A DNA stretch of 64,000 bases from NCBI GenBank assembly GCA_021648365.1, contig JAKISY010000009.1:6975-70974 (forward strand), given 5' to 3'. How positions within the stretch are numbered: the first letter of the stretch is position 1; the number at the start of each line of letters is the position of its first letter. Positions 9,692 through 18,412 of this stretch are shown here, in pieces. The position numbers were made by a program, and so were the translations under genes. The notes under the pieces are model-generated. The model was not told the DNA's origin and made no database searches. It was given only the letters and a program-made list of their open reading frames with translations. The DNA is from Verrucomicrobiales bacterium (GTDB taxonomy: Bacteria > Verrucomicrobiota > Verrucomicrobiia > Verrucomicrobiales > DEV007).

Positions 9692-9749
9692 CTCAATGTG
9701 CAACAGGTTTCCAACCTGTCTCCTCCGAAAAAACAGCTTACAAAGCTGT
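9692..9749. repeat. REP-like hairpin repeat (32-nt block plus a second hairpin)
   Basis: The block ctcaatgtgCaacagGtttccaaCctgtctcc at 9692..9723 (stem ACAGGTT/AACCTGT, 9703..9719) is followed by ACAGCTTacaAAGCTGT at 9733..9749. The 32-nt block recurs at 20532..20563. Confidence 0.7.
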
Positions 9750-9910
9750 GCTACATTCAAAACTCAAATTCTTTCGCTGCGCGGAAGCTACCAACGCATC
9801 GTCACCGAGATGTGTGAACGCCCATTCTCTGCATCAAGAACCCCTTCCTCCCACACCTGCCAGACTACGCTGCGAAGGCTCACCCAGCAAACGCTCAACA
9901 CTGCCCCCCC

Positions 9911-11260
9911 CTACCCAATCCTGTCCTTCTTCTGCCAGCGGAACCAACGAAAAAAACGCTTCACCCACTGCCTCCCATAACACCACCACAGCCCCGGGTC
10001 ATTCTTCGTCAACGCTATATCAAAACGCACCAACCCACGCGCCACCTGCAGACGTCGCATCTGCTTAGCTGTCACCTCCTTCGCAAAAATCTCAATCGCA
10101 CGATCCTCACCAGCGATTCCCATTTCAATAGCGCGCTTTTTATCTGCCAGCACATCCCCCATCGCCCTAGCAAAATCCTCCACTTGCCGCTCCTCGACCA
10201 ATCGCCCCGTCTCGCCATCGATCACCATCTCCGGCACACCCGCCAAGATCGTGGACACACAAGGCACCCGCGCGCCCATCGCCTCCATGATCACTGTCGG
10301 CAGATTATCCTTACCTCCATCCTTTTCCGTCACACAAGGCAAAGCGAAAATCGCCGCACCTTCAAGATAAGCAATGATCTCATCCTGAGATTTGGGTCCA
10401 GCCAGTTCCACACAATCCTCCACCTCACACGTCCGGATCAATTCCAGCAACTCGCCCTCCAGCGGCCCATCCCCTACAATCACGCAGCGAAAGTCCTGCA
10501 CCCCATCCTTTTTCATCAACGCACAAGCTTTGATCAAATCATCAAAACCTTTTTTCTCAATCAGACGCCCAACGCTAAAGATAAGCCGCTCGCCACTCCA
10601 CACCGCCTCATCATCCCGCCGTTGACCAGCTTCCCGAAAAGGTTCGAGATTCAACCCATTATACACCCGCTTGACCTTGCTCGCCGATTCCGGAAAACGC
10701 CCCTGCAAATCCCGCACCGTGTAATCACTCACCGTCACCACTAACTCAGCATCACTCATCAACTTGGCAAGCGTGATTTTAAAATCTGTTTTGCAAAAAA
10801 GGTCATTGGCGTGACCCGTAAAGCTATAAGTGATGTCATAGAAAAACTTCAACCACCAACAAGTCCTCGCCCCAATCCCAGCAAAATGGGAATGCGCATG
10901 CTGCACCCCCGCCTCCTGCAACATCACCCCAATATAAGCCGCTTCATGCACCCGCCTCTTATCCGCCCGATCACCATGATCGCTCCAGTGACGCAAAGTC
11001 AACACCACACACTGCGGCAACTTGCCTTCAGCTTTCAACTTTTTCACCGCCTCGACCAATTCATCTCCCTGCGGCAAAAAATGCACACGCTCGTAAAGAT
11101 CAGCAGGGAAATGTTTCTGCTCTTCCTCCTCAAGCCGCGTATCACGAATCGAAAAAATCAACGGCTTCATGCCCTGTCGCTCCAACTCCAAAACTTCCCG
11201 CACACAGAAAGTCTGAGTGAAAGAAGGAAAACGCTCAAAAACGTAAGCAAGGTGGTTCAT
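9911..11260 (-). CDS. glycosyltransferase family 4 (GT-B, WcaL-like)
   Basis: 449-aa ORF with N-terminus MNHLAYVFERFPSFTQTFCVREV. The C-terminal GT1 core has an EGFG-type region (PCVTEKDGGKDNLPTVIMEAMGARVPCVST). Confidence 0.8.
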   Translation of the reverse strand: MNHLAYVFERFPSFTQTFCVREVLELERQGMKPLIFSIRDTRLEEEEQKHFPADLYERVHFLPQGDELVEAVKKLKAEGKLPQCVVLTLRHWSDHGDRADKRRVHEAAYIGVMLQEAGVQHAHSHFAGIGARTCWWLKFFYDITYSFTGHANDLFCKTDFKITLAKLMSDAELVVTVSDYTVRDLQGRFPESASKVKRVYNGLNLEPFREAGQRRDDEAVWSGERLIFSVGRLIEKKGFDDLIKACALMKKDGVQDFRCVIVGDGPLEGELLELIRTCEVEDCVELAGPKSQDEIIAYLEGAAIFALPCVTEKDGGKDNLPTVIMEAMGARVPCVSTILAGVPEMVIDGETGRLVEERQVEDFARAMGDVLADKKRAIEMGIAGEDRAIEIFAKEVTAKQMRRLQVARGLVRFDIALTKNDPGLWWCYGRQWVKRFFRWFRWQKKDRIG

Positions 11261-11378
11261 GGAAAGGCTGTAGGTGGATTAGGCTTTAGGCATCCGTATT
11301 GGAAGCTCACCATATTTCGATAGCACAGATGGGCAAGTCTCAATTCATCGCAAGAATGCATAAGCTCTCGCACGGACA

Positions 11379-11423
11379 TTGACATTTTTCCGAACGCATG
11401 CGATATTAGATTCATAATGAATC
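11379..11423 (+). promoter_or_regulatory. candidate sigma70-type promoter plus palindromic operator of the vapBC-like operon
   Basis: TTGACA at 11379..11384, a 17-nt spacer, and GATATT at 11402..11407. A perfect palindrome GATTCATAATGAATC at 11409..11423 lies immediately downstream, and TGAATCA is repeated at 11431. All lie upstream of the antitoxin ATG at 11461. Confidence 0.4.
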
Positions 11424-11460
11424 ACATAGTGAATCATTACCGACCTCTAGATGCATAACC

Positions 11461-11718
11461 ATGGAAACAATCACCTTACGTAATATTAATCCCGAGTTAA
11501 AAAAGGCACTTATTGATAAAGCCGAGCGGGATTCAGCTAGCCTCAACAGTGTCGCGCTGCAGGCTTTGGGCGAAGCCTTTGGACTGCAGAACGGGCCGCG
11601 ACGCAAGCGTAATCCCGAACTGGAAAAATTGGCGGGTACATGGAGTGAAAAGGATAAAGAGGAATTTGAAAAAAACACCTCCTCCTTCAACAAAGTTGAC
11701 GATGACCTGTGGCTATGA
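11461..11718 (+). CDS. vapB: type II antitoxin, ribbon-helix-helix (VapB/FitA-like)
   Basis: 85-aa ORF with N-terminus METITLRNINPELKKALIDKAERD (RHH pattern). Its stop overlaps the PIN gene start in an ATGA (11715..11718). Confidence 0.75.
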   Translation: METITLRNINPELKKALIDKAERDSASLNSVALQALGEAFGLQNGPRRKRNPELEKLAGTWSEKDKEEFEKNTSSFNKVDDDLWL

Positions 11719-12107
11719 AGCGTATTCTCATAGATACCAATGCCTACACAGCTTTCATGCTTGGGCAGAAAGATGTCGTGACAACATTAAGTTTTGCTCA
11801 AGAAATATTTATTTCTCCTACCGTCATGGGAGAGCTGCTTGCAGGCTTCAAAAACGGCAGCCAAGAAAAGAAAAACAGAACTGAACTGGATGCATTTTTA
11901 GATATTCAAAATGTCACGGAAATCGATATTAATTCTGAAACCGCGGAGTTTTATGCCGAGGTATATCGAGCTTTACGCAAAAAGGGTAAACCCATCCCGA
12001 GCAATGATCTCTGGATTGCTGCAAGTGCTTTGCAGCATGGGCTTGCCATTTGCACACTCGATGCGCACTTCAGCCTGATCGATGGTTTGCTGGTGGTGGG
12101 TTTATAA
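11715..12107 (+). CDS. vapC: type II toxin, PIN-domain ribonuclease VapC
   Basis: MKRILIDTNAY carries the first acidic PIN residue, and SNDLWIAASAL and TLDAHF are later PIN motifs. Translationally coupled to the upstream antitoxin. Confidence 0.85.
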   Translation: MKRILIDTNAYTAFMLGQKDVVTTLSFAQEIFISPTVMGELLAGFKNGSQEKKNRTELDAFLDIQNVTEIDINSETAEFYAEVYRALRKKGKPIPSNDLWIAASALQHGLAICTLDAHFSLIDGLLVVGL

Positions 12108-12256
12108 CCCCACCCCAATGGCACTTAGTGTCGTTATTCTACTTTGCCTCACACTACTCCCAAAAAATATTTCCAACCACTGATCGCTACAAATACCCCC
12201 CATTTCACACACAAGCTAGCTCACAGAATTTCAAATATTTCATTCAGATGAGTCTG

Positions 12257-12296
12257 CCTCTGTTTTCTCCCTTTCCTCCTGTTCAAATCCTTCATA
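12257..12296. repeat. dispersed PVC-type intergenic repeat (CTCTGTTTYCTCCCTTKCCTCCTGTTCAAA family)
   Basis: The sequence cctctgttttctccctttcctcctgttcaaatccttcata matches 28727..28757. An inverted partner of the latter lies at 28802..28831. Confidence 0.65.
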
Positions 12297-12381
12297 GTTT
12301 GTAACTATTCAGGTCTTTTTCCGTTGAAACAATAAAAACGCAGCTATTCAGATCTGCAAAAACTGGGAATTACGTCCATCT

Positions 12382-12451
12382 GGAGGGGCAAGTTCCACCT
12401 TGCCTCGGTTCACCAATGTGCTTGCGAAGACACGCAGGAGCGTGCCCCTCC
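12382..12451. repeat. dispersed intergenic repeat (GGAGGGGCAAGTTCCACCTTGCCT / GCGAAGRCACGCAGGAG)
   Basis: Both sub-blocks recur at 59977..60027 in the opposite relative order. Locally, GGAGGGGCA...TGCCCCTCC form an inverted repeat. Confidence 0.65.
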
Positions 12452-12554
12452 ATTTGCCGTTCGTTGAAAAGACGATTTACTTATATTTTCCAAAAATGGC
12501 TAGGGCAGCTGAATAGTTACACCCGCCCCACCATTTACCTTTTATCCGCCTACT

Positions 12555-14732
12555 TTAAATCATCGTCGCGATCACCAAGGCAACCACAGACATCAGCTTG
12601 AGTAAGATGTTCAGCGACGGACCAGAGGTATCCTTAAAAGGATCCCCCACCGTATCACCCACCACCGACGCTTTATGAGCATCTGACCCTTTGATTAACT
12701 TAACCCCGTCGATCTCGACGCCCTCTTCGATCATCTTCTTAGCATTATCCCATGCTCCGCCCGCGTTGGACTGGAACAACGCCATCAGCACTCCCGTCAC
12801 CGTCACCCCAACGAGCATGCCGCCGAGCATCTCTGCTCCACCGATGAAGCCAACCGCCACCGGAGCTACCACTGCCAACAGCCCCGGTTTGATCATTTGA
12901 GCAATCGCAGATTTGGTCGAAATCTCCACACATTTGCCATACTCAGCTTTGCCGTCTGCGGCATCAAAAATATCGCGATCTTGCTGTGACCAGTCTTCTT
13001 TTTCCTTGTCTTGATTTTTTTTCATCACGTCCAAAGCAGCACGCAATTCGGGAATTTCACGAAACTGACGACGAACCTCGTCAATCATCGCCATCGCCGC
13101 ACGCCCCACCGCCACCATCGACAAAGCCGAAAACAGGAACGGCAACATGCCACCAACAAACAACATCGCCACCACCTTCGGATCAGTGATCTCAATCGAA
13201 AGCTTAGCATCATTCGCCACCTCCCAAGAAGTCTTGAACGCCGCAAACAAAGCCAAGGCCGTCAAAGCCGCCGAGCCAATCGCAAAACCTTTACCAATCG
13301 CCGCCGTGGTATTTCCCACTGCATCTAATTTGTCCGTGCGCTGACGCACCTCTTTCGGCAATTCGCTCATCTCAGCAATGCCACCCGCATTATCAGAAAT
13401 CGGTCCATAAGCATCCACCGCCAACTGAATCCCTAAGTTAGACAACATACCTACCGCAGCGATCGCGATACCGTAGAGACCTGCAAAATGATGTGCCGCC
13501 AGAATAGTCACCGCCAATATAATGATTGGCAACGCCGTAGACATCATCCCCACTCCAAGTCCCGCAATGATGTTGGTCGCCGAACCCGTCATCGACTGTT
13601 TGACGATATCCAGCACCGGTTTTTTTCCCGTTCCCGTGTAATACTCCGTGATCATTCCGATCAACAACCCAGAACCCAGACCAAATAAGATCGCCACAAA
13701 AACTCCCATCGAAGTGTATTCTTTTCCATCAACCATCCACGAAGCCGGCAACACCTGTTTGACGATCACAAAAGCCGCGATTAGAAGGATCACCGCCGAG
13801 ACAATCTCCCCAGTATTGAGCGCTTTATGCGGACTACCACCACTCTTCACTTTGACAAAAAAGGTGCCTATGATCGATGTCACGATACCCGCTCCAGCTA
13901 ACAACAAAGGCAGTATCACTGCGCCAAGCCCGTCCATCGAACCTGAAAACTCCGGCAACATCACAAACACCCCGCCCAAGACCATCGTCGCGATGATCGA
14001 TCCCACATAGGACTCGAACAAATCCGCACCCATGCCAGCCACATCACCGACATTATCACCTACATTATCCGCAATCGTCGCCGGATTGAGCGGATGATCC
14101 TCAGGAATGCCCGCTTCCACCTTACCCACCAAATCTGCGCCCACGTCAGCCGCTTTGGTGTAAATCCCACCACCAACGCGTGCAAACAGAGCGATCGAAG
14201 ATGCCCCAAAAGAAAATCCTGTGATGATCGTCATCACCGAACTCAATTTTTCTGGATCATCAATGCCGATCGTCTTGCTGTAGATCAAAAACAAACCGCC
14301 CAGTCCAAGCAAACCCAAGCCCACCACTCCCATGCCCATCACCGCGCCACCACCAAAAGCCACTTCAAGCGCTTTACCAAGACTCGTCCTCGCGGCATTG
14401 GTCGTCCGCACATTCGCTTTGGTCGCCACTTTCATGCCGATGTAACCAGCCAAAGCTGAGCAAAACGCCCCGACAATGAACGACAAGGCAACCAGTCGCT
14501 CTGCTCCCTGATTCATAAACGCGAGCAATACAGCCACGCACACCACAAAAATAGCTAGCACCTTATACTCAGCTTTCAGAAACGCCATCGCCCCCGTAGC
14601 GATGTGCTGGGAGATCCTTACCATTTTTTCAGTACCAGGATCCTGTTTGGCGACCCAAGTGGATTTCCAAAAAGTGTAAACTAAAGCGAGAATACCAAAA
14701 ACAGGTATGATGAGGATGAGGGTTGATATCAT
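12555..14732 (-). CDS. hppA: membrane-integral K+-dependent-type pyrophosphatase (H+/Na+ pumping)
   Basis: 725-aa polytopic ORF with motifs [39 protein letters not shown] and [16 protein letters not shown]. Ala (not Lys) in GNTTAA marks the K+-dependent subfamily. Confidence 0.95.
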   Translation of the reverse strand: MISTLILIIPVFGILALVYTFWKSTWVAKQDPGTEKMVRISQHIATGAMAFLKAEYKVLAIFVVCVAVLLAFMNQGAERLVALSFIVGAFCSALAGYIGMKVATKANVRTTNAARTSLGKALEVAFGGGAVMGMGVVGLGLLGLGGLFLIYSKTIGIDDPEKLSSVMTIITGFSFGASSIALFARVGGGIYTKAADVGADLVGKVEAGIPEDHPLNPATIADNVGDNVGDVAGMGADLFESYVGSIIATMVLGGVFVMLPEFSGSMDGLGAVILPLLLAGAGIVTSIIGTFFVKVKSGGSPHKALNTGEIVSAVILLIAAFVIVKQVLPASWMVDGKEYTSMGVFVAILFGLGSGLLIGMITEYYTGTGKKPVLDIVKQSMTGSATNIIAGLGVGMMSTALPIIILAVTILAAHHFAGLYGIAIAAVGMLSNLGIQLAVDAYGPISDNAGGIAEMSELPKEVRQRTDKLDAVGNTTAAIGKGFAIGSAALTALALFAAFKTSWEVANDAKLSIEITDPKVVAMLFVGGMLPFLFSALSMVAVGRAAMAMIDEVRRQFREIPELRAALDVMKKNQDKEKEDWSQQDRDIFDAADGKAEYGKCVEISTKSAIAQMIKPGLLAVVAPVAVGFIGGAEMLGGMLVGVTVTGVLMALFQSNAGGAWDNAKKMIEEGVEIDGVKLIKGSDAHKASVVGDTVGDPFKDTSGPSLNILLKLMSVVALVIATMI

Positions 14733-15023
14733 TTTTTATAAGTTGGGAGTTGACAATTCACTGTCATTCATGAGCGAAAACACCTTTCCTGAAACTAAAC
14801 AACGTCCGCTTGCCTAAATCATCTCAGGCCAGCGAACGCGATACGTCTCCATGCTTTACTCTTGAAAGCACTAGAGCCTATACAAATCCCTTGTGCTGGC
14901 AATAACCAAATTAATTCTTTTTGAAAAAAATCGTATTTGATCGCTTTTGTTTTTACAGTTACGACACTTACTGTAAATTCAACCAATCCATCTACCCCAA
15001 AGCCTGCTTCTCTCTGCTACCGA

Positions 15024-15659
15024 ATGACCATTTTTTCACATCAAAAACCAAAACAACGTTTCACTCAATCCTGGCTACTTTTAGGTTTACTGCTCTGGCT
15101 CACACTATTGCAGAACGCTGACGCTAAAAACTTCTCCACCGTCGTCATTGATGCTGGGCACGGAGGCAGTGACAAAGGTTCCAATTGGTATGGAGTTCAC
15201 GAAAAAAAACTCACTCTCGATCTTGCTAAACGAGTGCAGCGAATATTGAAAAGCAAAGGAGTGCGCACCGTGATGACTCGCAGCACCGATACCTACGTCG
15301 CTTTAGACAAACGTGCTCAGATCGCTAATCGGCAGAAACACTTCATCTTTGTCAGCATCCACTTCAACGGACACAAAAACACCTCCTACAAAGGCATCGA
15401 GACCTTTTACTACCCTGGCTCCAGTAAAGGAAAAAAACTCGCTACCAAAATTCAATACGAATTAGGCAAACGCATCAAAACTAAAAACCGCGGCATCAAA
15501 AGCGCCCGGCTCAAAGTCCTGCGCCTCACCAGAGGCCCTGCCGCCTTAGTCGAATGTGGTTTTCTCTCCAACCGTTGGGAGAACAATCGCTGCAACGCCT
15601 CCTGGCTACGAGAAATCATCGCCGAAGAAATCGTGCAAGGCATCATGGCTTATCGCTGA
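15024..15659 (+). CDS. N-acetylmuramoyl-L-alanine amidase (Amidase_3)
   Basis: Start at MTIFSHQK..., followed by a signal peptide. Motifs VVIDAGHGGSDKGS, VSIHFNG and AALVECGFLSN. Confidence 0.85.
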   Translation: MTIFSHQKPKQRFTQSWLLLGLLLWLTLLQNADAKNFSTVVIDAGHGGSDKGSNWYGVHEKKLTLDLAKRVQRILKSKGVRTVMTRSTDTYVALDKRAQIANRQKHFIFVSIHFNGHKNTSYKGIETFYYPGSSKGKKLATKIQYELGKRIKTKNRGIKSARLKVLRLTRGPAALVECGFLSNRWENNRCNASWLREIIAEEIVQGIMAYR

Positions 15660-15779
15660 GGCATAGCTGATGCTGAGCCCCGATGTGACACGGGCATCGT
15701 GCTTATTTCCCTAGCTCATCACGCAACCAAGCAGTAGAAAAACACTAAAGCTTTCGACATATTCCCCCTCTGTAGCAGC

Positions 15780-17144
15780 TCAATCATCGTTTGAGTCAAA
15801 CCGCCTAAGGCACTCAATAAAGCCAGGCGCAAAATCTTGTGGACGTTTGTCCACCCACTGTCGCACCAGCTCCATCGGAAAATACGCTCCGCACTCGATC
15901 TCTCGACCATGAGTGCGAATCTTGCCAGACACCTCACAGCTGTAGAGTCTCACGAACTCCCAGCCCGTCTGCTCACAAGCTTCTATGCGTGCGATCTCTT
16001 GCAGCGCTTCTCCCCCATCCACCGACCTCGCTTTTACCATCAACTCCTCATACAGCTCCCGCTGCGCCGCCGCTTCGTAGGTCTCACCTGCATCGAGATG
16101 CCCTGCCGCACTCGAGTCCCATTGCCCCGCATGACGATCTTTTAGTGCAGATCGTTTCTGTAGATACAAGTTACCCTTTTTATCCAACACAAAAATATGC
16201 ACCGCTCGGTGACGCCAACCCTCGCTGTGCACCTCTGCGCGAGTTGCTTGCCGCAATACCTGATCCTGCTCATCCACCACATCAAAAATCTCAGCACTAC
16301 TGTCCTCGGGTAAATCCAAAACAGGATGATCATCCCGCGCATTGCACAGCTCCACCCACTGCGGTAAACTAAGTTCCTCGGCACGCGCACTGTCACTGCA
16401 TTGCAAGCGTGATACTAAGCCCGACCACTCTTCAGCTTTAAGTGATAAGTTCTTTTTCAGCAATTTACGCCGCTGAGCAAAACCGCGATTGGTGAGATCA
16501 TCGAATAAACGCTTGCTGAAATAAGACAGCTCGCCAGCCTGACGAGCCTGCAGCACCACGATCGACGAATCCACCTTCGGGCGTGGGTGAAAACATTCTG
16601 GTCCCGCCGTTCGCACCAGATCCACATGCCACTCCGCTTGCACCCGCAAGCCAAGTTTGCCATACGCCTTGGTGCTAGGCACCGCCACCAGGCGCTCAGC
16701 CACCTCCTTCTGCAACATCAACACCGCACGCACCACCGGTGTCGGTTGTTCGAGAAAATTACGCATGATCGGTGTCGCCGCCGAATAGGGCAAATTGCCA
16801 ATCAGCTTGATCGGTCCCTCCAAAAACAAGGGGCGCTTGTCATAAGTGATCGCATCCGCATGAATCACCTCCACCTCCGACGAATCGACAAACTCCCCAC
16901 GCAGAAATTCAGCTAAGCGACGATCTTTTTCGATCAAGATCAATTTGCGACAACGCCCCACCAAATGACGACTCAACGCCCCCGTGCCAGGACCAATCTC
17001 GACAATCACATCCTCTGGCTGCGGATCCAGTTGATCCACAATCCATTTAGAGAACTCCTCATCGACTAAAAAGTTCTGCCCCAGTTCGCGACTCGGCACC
17101 ACATCGATAGCTCTGAGTGTTTTTCGTAGTAGCTGATCGCTCAT
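15780..17144 (-). CDS. rsmA: fusion protein: 16S rRNA (adenine1518/1519-N6)-dimethyltransferase RsmA/KsgA + C-terminal Nudix hydrolase
   Basis: The N-terminal ~270 aa has ELGQNFLVDE, VIVEIGPGTGALS and GNLPYS. The C-terminal ~170 aa has an intact Nudix box GHLDAGETYEAAAQRELYEELMV. It is one open frame with no internal stop. The start overlaps the bcp stop in an ATGA (17141..17144). Confidence 0.85.
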   Translation of the reverse strand: MSDQLLRKTLRAIDVVPSRELGQNFLVDEEFSKWIVDQLDPQPEDVIVEIGPGTGALSRHLVGRCRKLILIEKDRRLAEFLRGEFVDSSEVEVIHADAITYDKRPLFLEGPIKLIGNLPYSAATPIMRNFLEQPTPVVRAVLMLQKEVAERLVAVPSTKAYGKLGLRVQAEWHVDLVRTAGPECFHPRPKVDSSIVVLQARQAGELSYFSKRLFDDLTNRGFAQRRKLLKKNLSLKAEEWSGLVSRLQCSDSARAEELSLPQWVELCNARDDHPVLDLPEDSSAEIFDVVDEQDQVLRQATRAEVHSEGWRHRAVHIFVLDKKGNLYLQKRSALKDRHAGQWDSSAAGHLDAGETYEAAAQRELYEELMVKARSVDGGEALQEIARIEACEQTGWEFVRLYSCEVSGKIRTHGREIECGAYFPMELVRQWVDKRPQDFAPGFIECLRRFDSNDD

Positions 17145-17617
17145 GATAACACCGCCAACAATTGATCCAAATGCTCAAGCGGTTTCACTTTTCTGAAAAC
17201 CTCCATCACCTTACCCTTTTCATCGATCACAAAAGTCGTGCGCTCGGTTCCCATGTATTCTCGCCCATAGAGTTTTTTCTGCACCCACACACCATAGGCT
17301 TCAACGATCTCTTTCGATTCATCACTGATCAACGGAAACGGCAGCTCATATTTGTCGATGAATTTACGGTGACGTTTCACCGGATCAATACTCACCCCGA
17401 ACACCTGTGCCAATGCCCCTATCTTTCCCCAAGAATCCCGCAAAGCACAAGCCTGCTTGGTGCAGCCTGGAGTATCATCCTTAGGATAAAAATACAGCAC
17501 CACCTTGCGCCCACGCAAAGCTTTCAAGGATACCTGTACGCCATCCTCATACTCACCACCCACTACAGGCGCCTCAAATTCTGGAGCTTCATCGCCCACT
17601 TTAACTTGCTCAGTCAT
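17141..17617 (-). CDS. bcp: thioredoxin-dependent thiol peroxidase (peroxiredoxin Bcp)
   Basis: Start at MTEQVKVGDEAPEF (ATG at 17617..17615). Motifs VVLYFYPKDDTPGCTKQAC and FPLISD. Confidence 0.9.
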   Translation of the reverse strand: MTEQVKVGDEAPEFEAPVVGGEYEDGVQVSLKALRGRKVVLYFYPKDDTPGCTKQACALRDSWGKIGALAQVFGVSIDPVKRHRKFIDKYELPFPLISDESKEIVEAYGVWVQKKLYGREYMGTERTTFVIDEKGKVMEVFRKVKPLEHLDQLLAVLS

Positions 17618-17676
17618 TTTATGCACTCTACTCTTATATGAAAAAGCTTCAGCAACTATATTCACCACCTAATTCC

Positions 17677-17704
17677 AATGGCACTTAGTTAACTAAGTGC
17701 CATT
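17677..17704. promoter_or_regulatory. perfect 28-bp palindrome in the bcp / pgsA divergent intergenic region
   Basis: The sequence is AATGGCACTTAGTTAACTAAGTGCCATT. The half-site (AA)TGGCACTTAGTG also occurs at 12117..12130 and 41882..41893. Confidence 0.5.
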
Positions 17705-17782
17705 GCACCTAATTCCTAATTGCTTTCGGGTAATAACCTCCAGCTATCTCCACTTCGTTACGATTCTTAATTCTTAATTCAC

Positions 17783-18391
17783 ATGACCACCGCCAACAAA
17801 ATCACCATCACCCGGATCGCCCTGATTCCAGTGTTTGTGACCTTTGCCTTTTTGTATGGCGCTAGTGTGCAATCTGGAGACCCGCAAATCAACTGGCGCT
17901 ATGCCGCCCTGATTACTTTTGCCATCGCAGCCCTCAGCGACGGACTCGATGGTTATGTCGCCCGCCACTACAATCAGATCAGCCGACTCGGCATCCTGCT
18001 CGATCCGCTCGCCGACAAAGCGCTGATGCTCGCCGCCGTATTCACCCTGAGCTTTGCCCGCTGGCCAGTCAGCTTCCCCATCTGGTTCACCGCCTTTGTC
18101 TTCATCCGCGAGTTCATCATCCTCAACGGCATCGCCATCCTGCATCGCATCAACGGCAAAGTCCCGATCAAACCACACTGGATCAGCAAATCCTGCACCG
18201 CCCTGCAAGTGACCGCCATCGTATGGCTGATGCTCGACTTTCGAAGTGACAGCGACCCGCCGATGTTCCTGCTCTACCTCGCCGGCTTTTTCACCGTGCT
18301 CTCAGCCCTGCATTATATCCTCGAAGGTGTTCGCCAGATCAAAGAACACGGCAAACCCTTGCCCGGTACCAATGCTGATGGTAGTTATTAA
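17783..18391 (+). CDS. pgsA: CDP-diacylglycerol--glycerol-3-phosphate 3-phosphatidyltransferase
   Basis: CDP-alcohol phosphatidyltransferase motif DGLDGYVARHYNQISRLGILLDPLADK, in a 202-aa membrane protein. Confidence 0.85.
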   Translation: MTTANKITITRIALIPVFVTFAFLYGASVQSGDPQINWRYAALITFAIAALSDGLDGYVARHYNQISRLGILLDPLADKALMLAAVFTLSFARWPVSFPIWFTAFVFIREFIILNGIAILHRINGKVPIKPHWISKSCTALQVTAIVWLMLDFRSDSDPPMFLLYLAGFFTVLSALHYILEGVRQIKEHGKPLPGTNADGSY

Positions 18392-18412
18392 GCAAGTCAC
18401 ACACACCACTCC

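Noticed and set aside
17680-17695. TGGCAC in the palindrome and its half-sites as a sigma-54 -24 element.
   Set aside because: The required TTGC(A/T) at the -12 spacing is absent in all three occurrences (TGGCACTTAGTTAAC, TGGCACTTAGTGTCG and TGGCACTTAGTGAAA).
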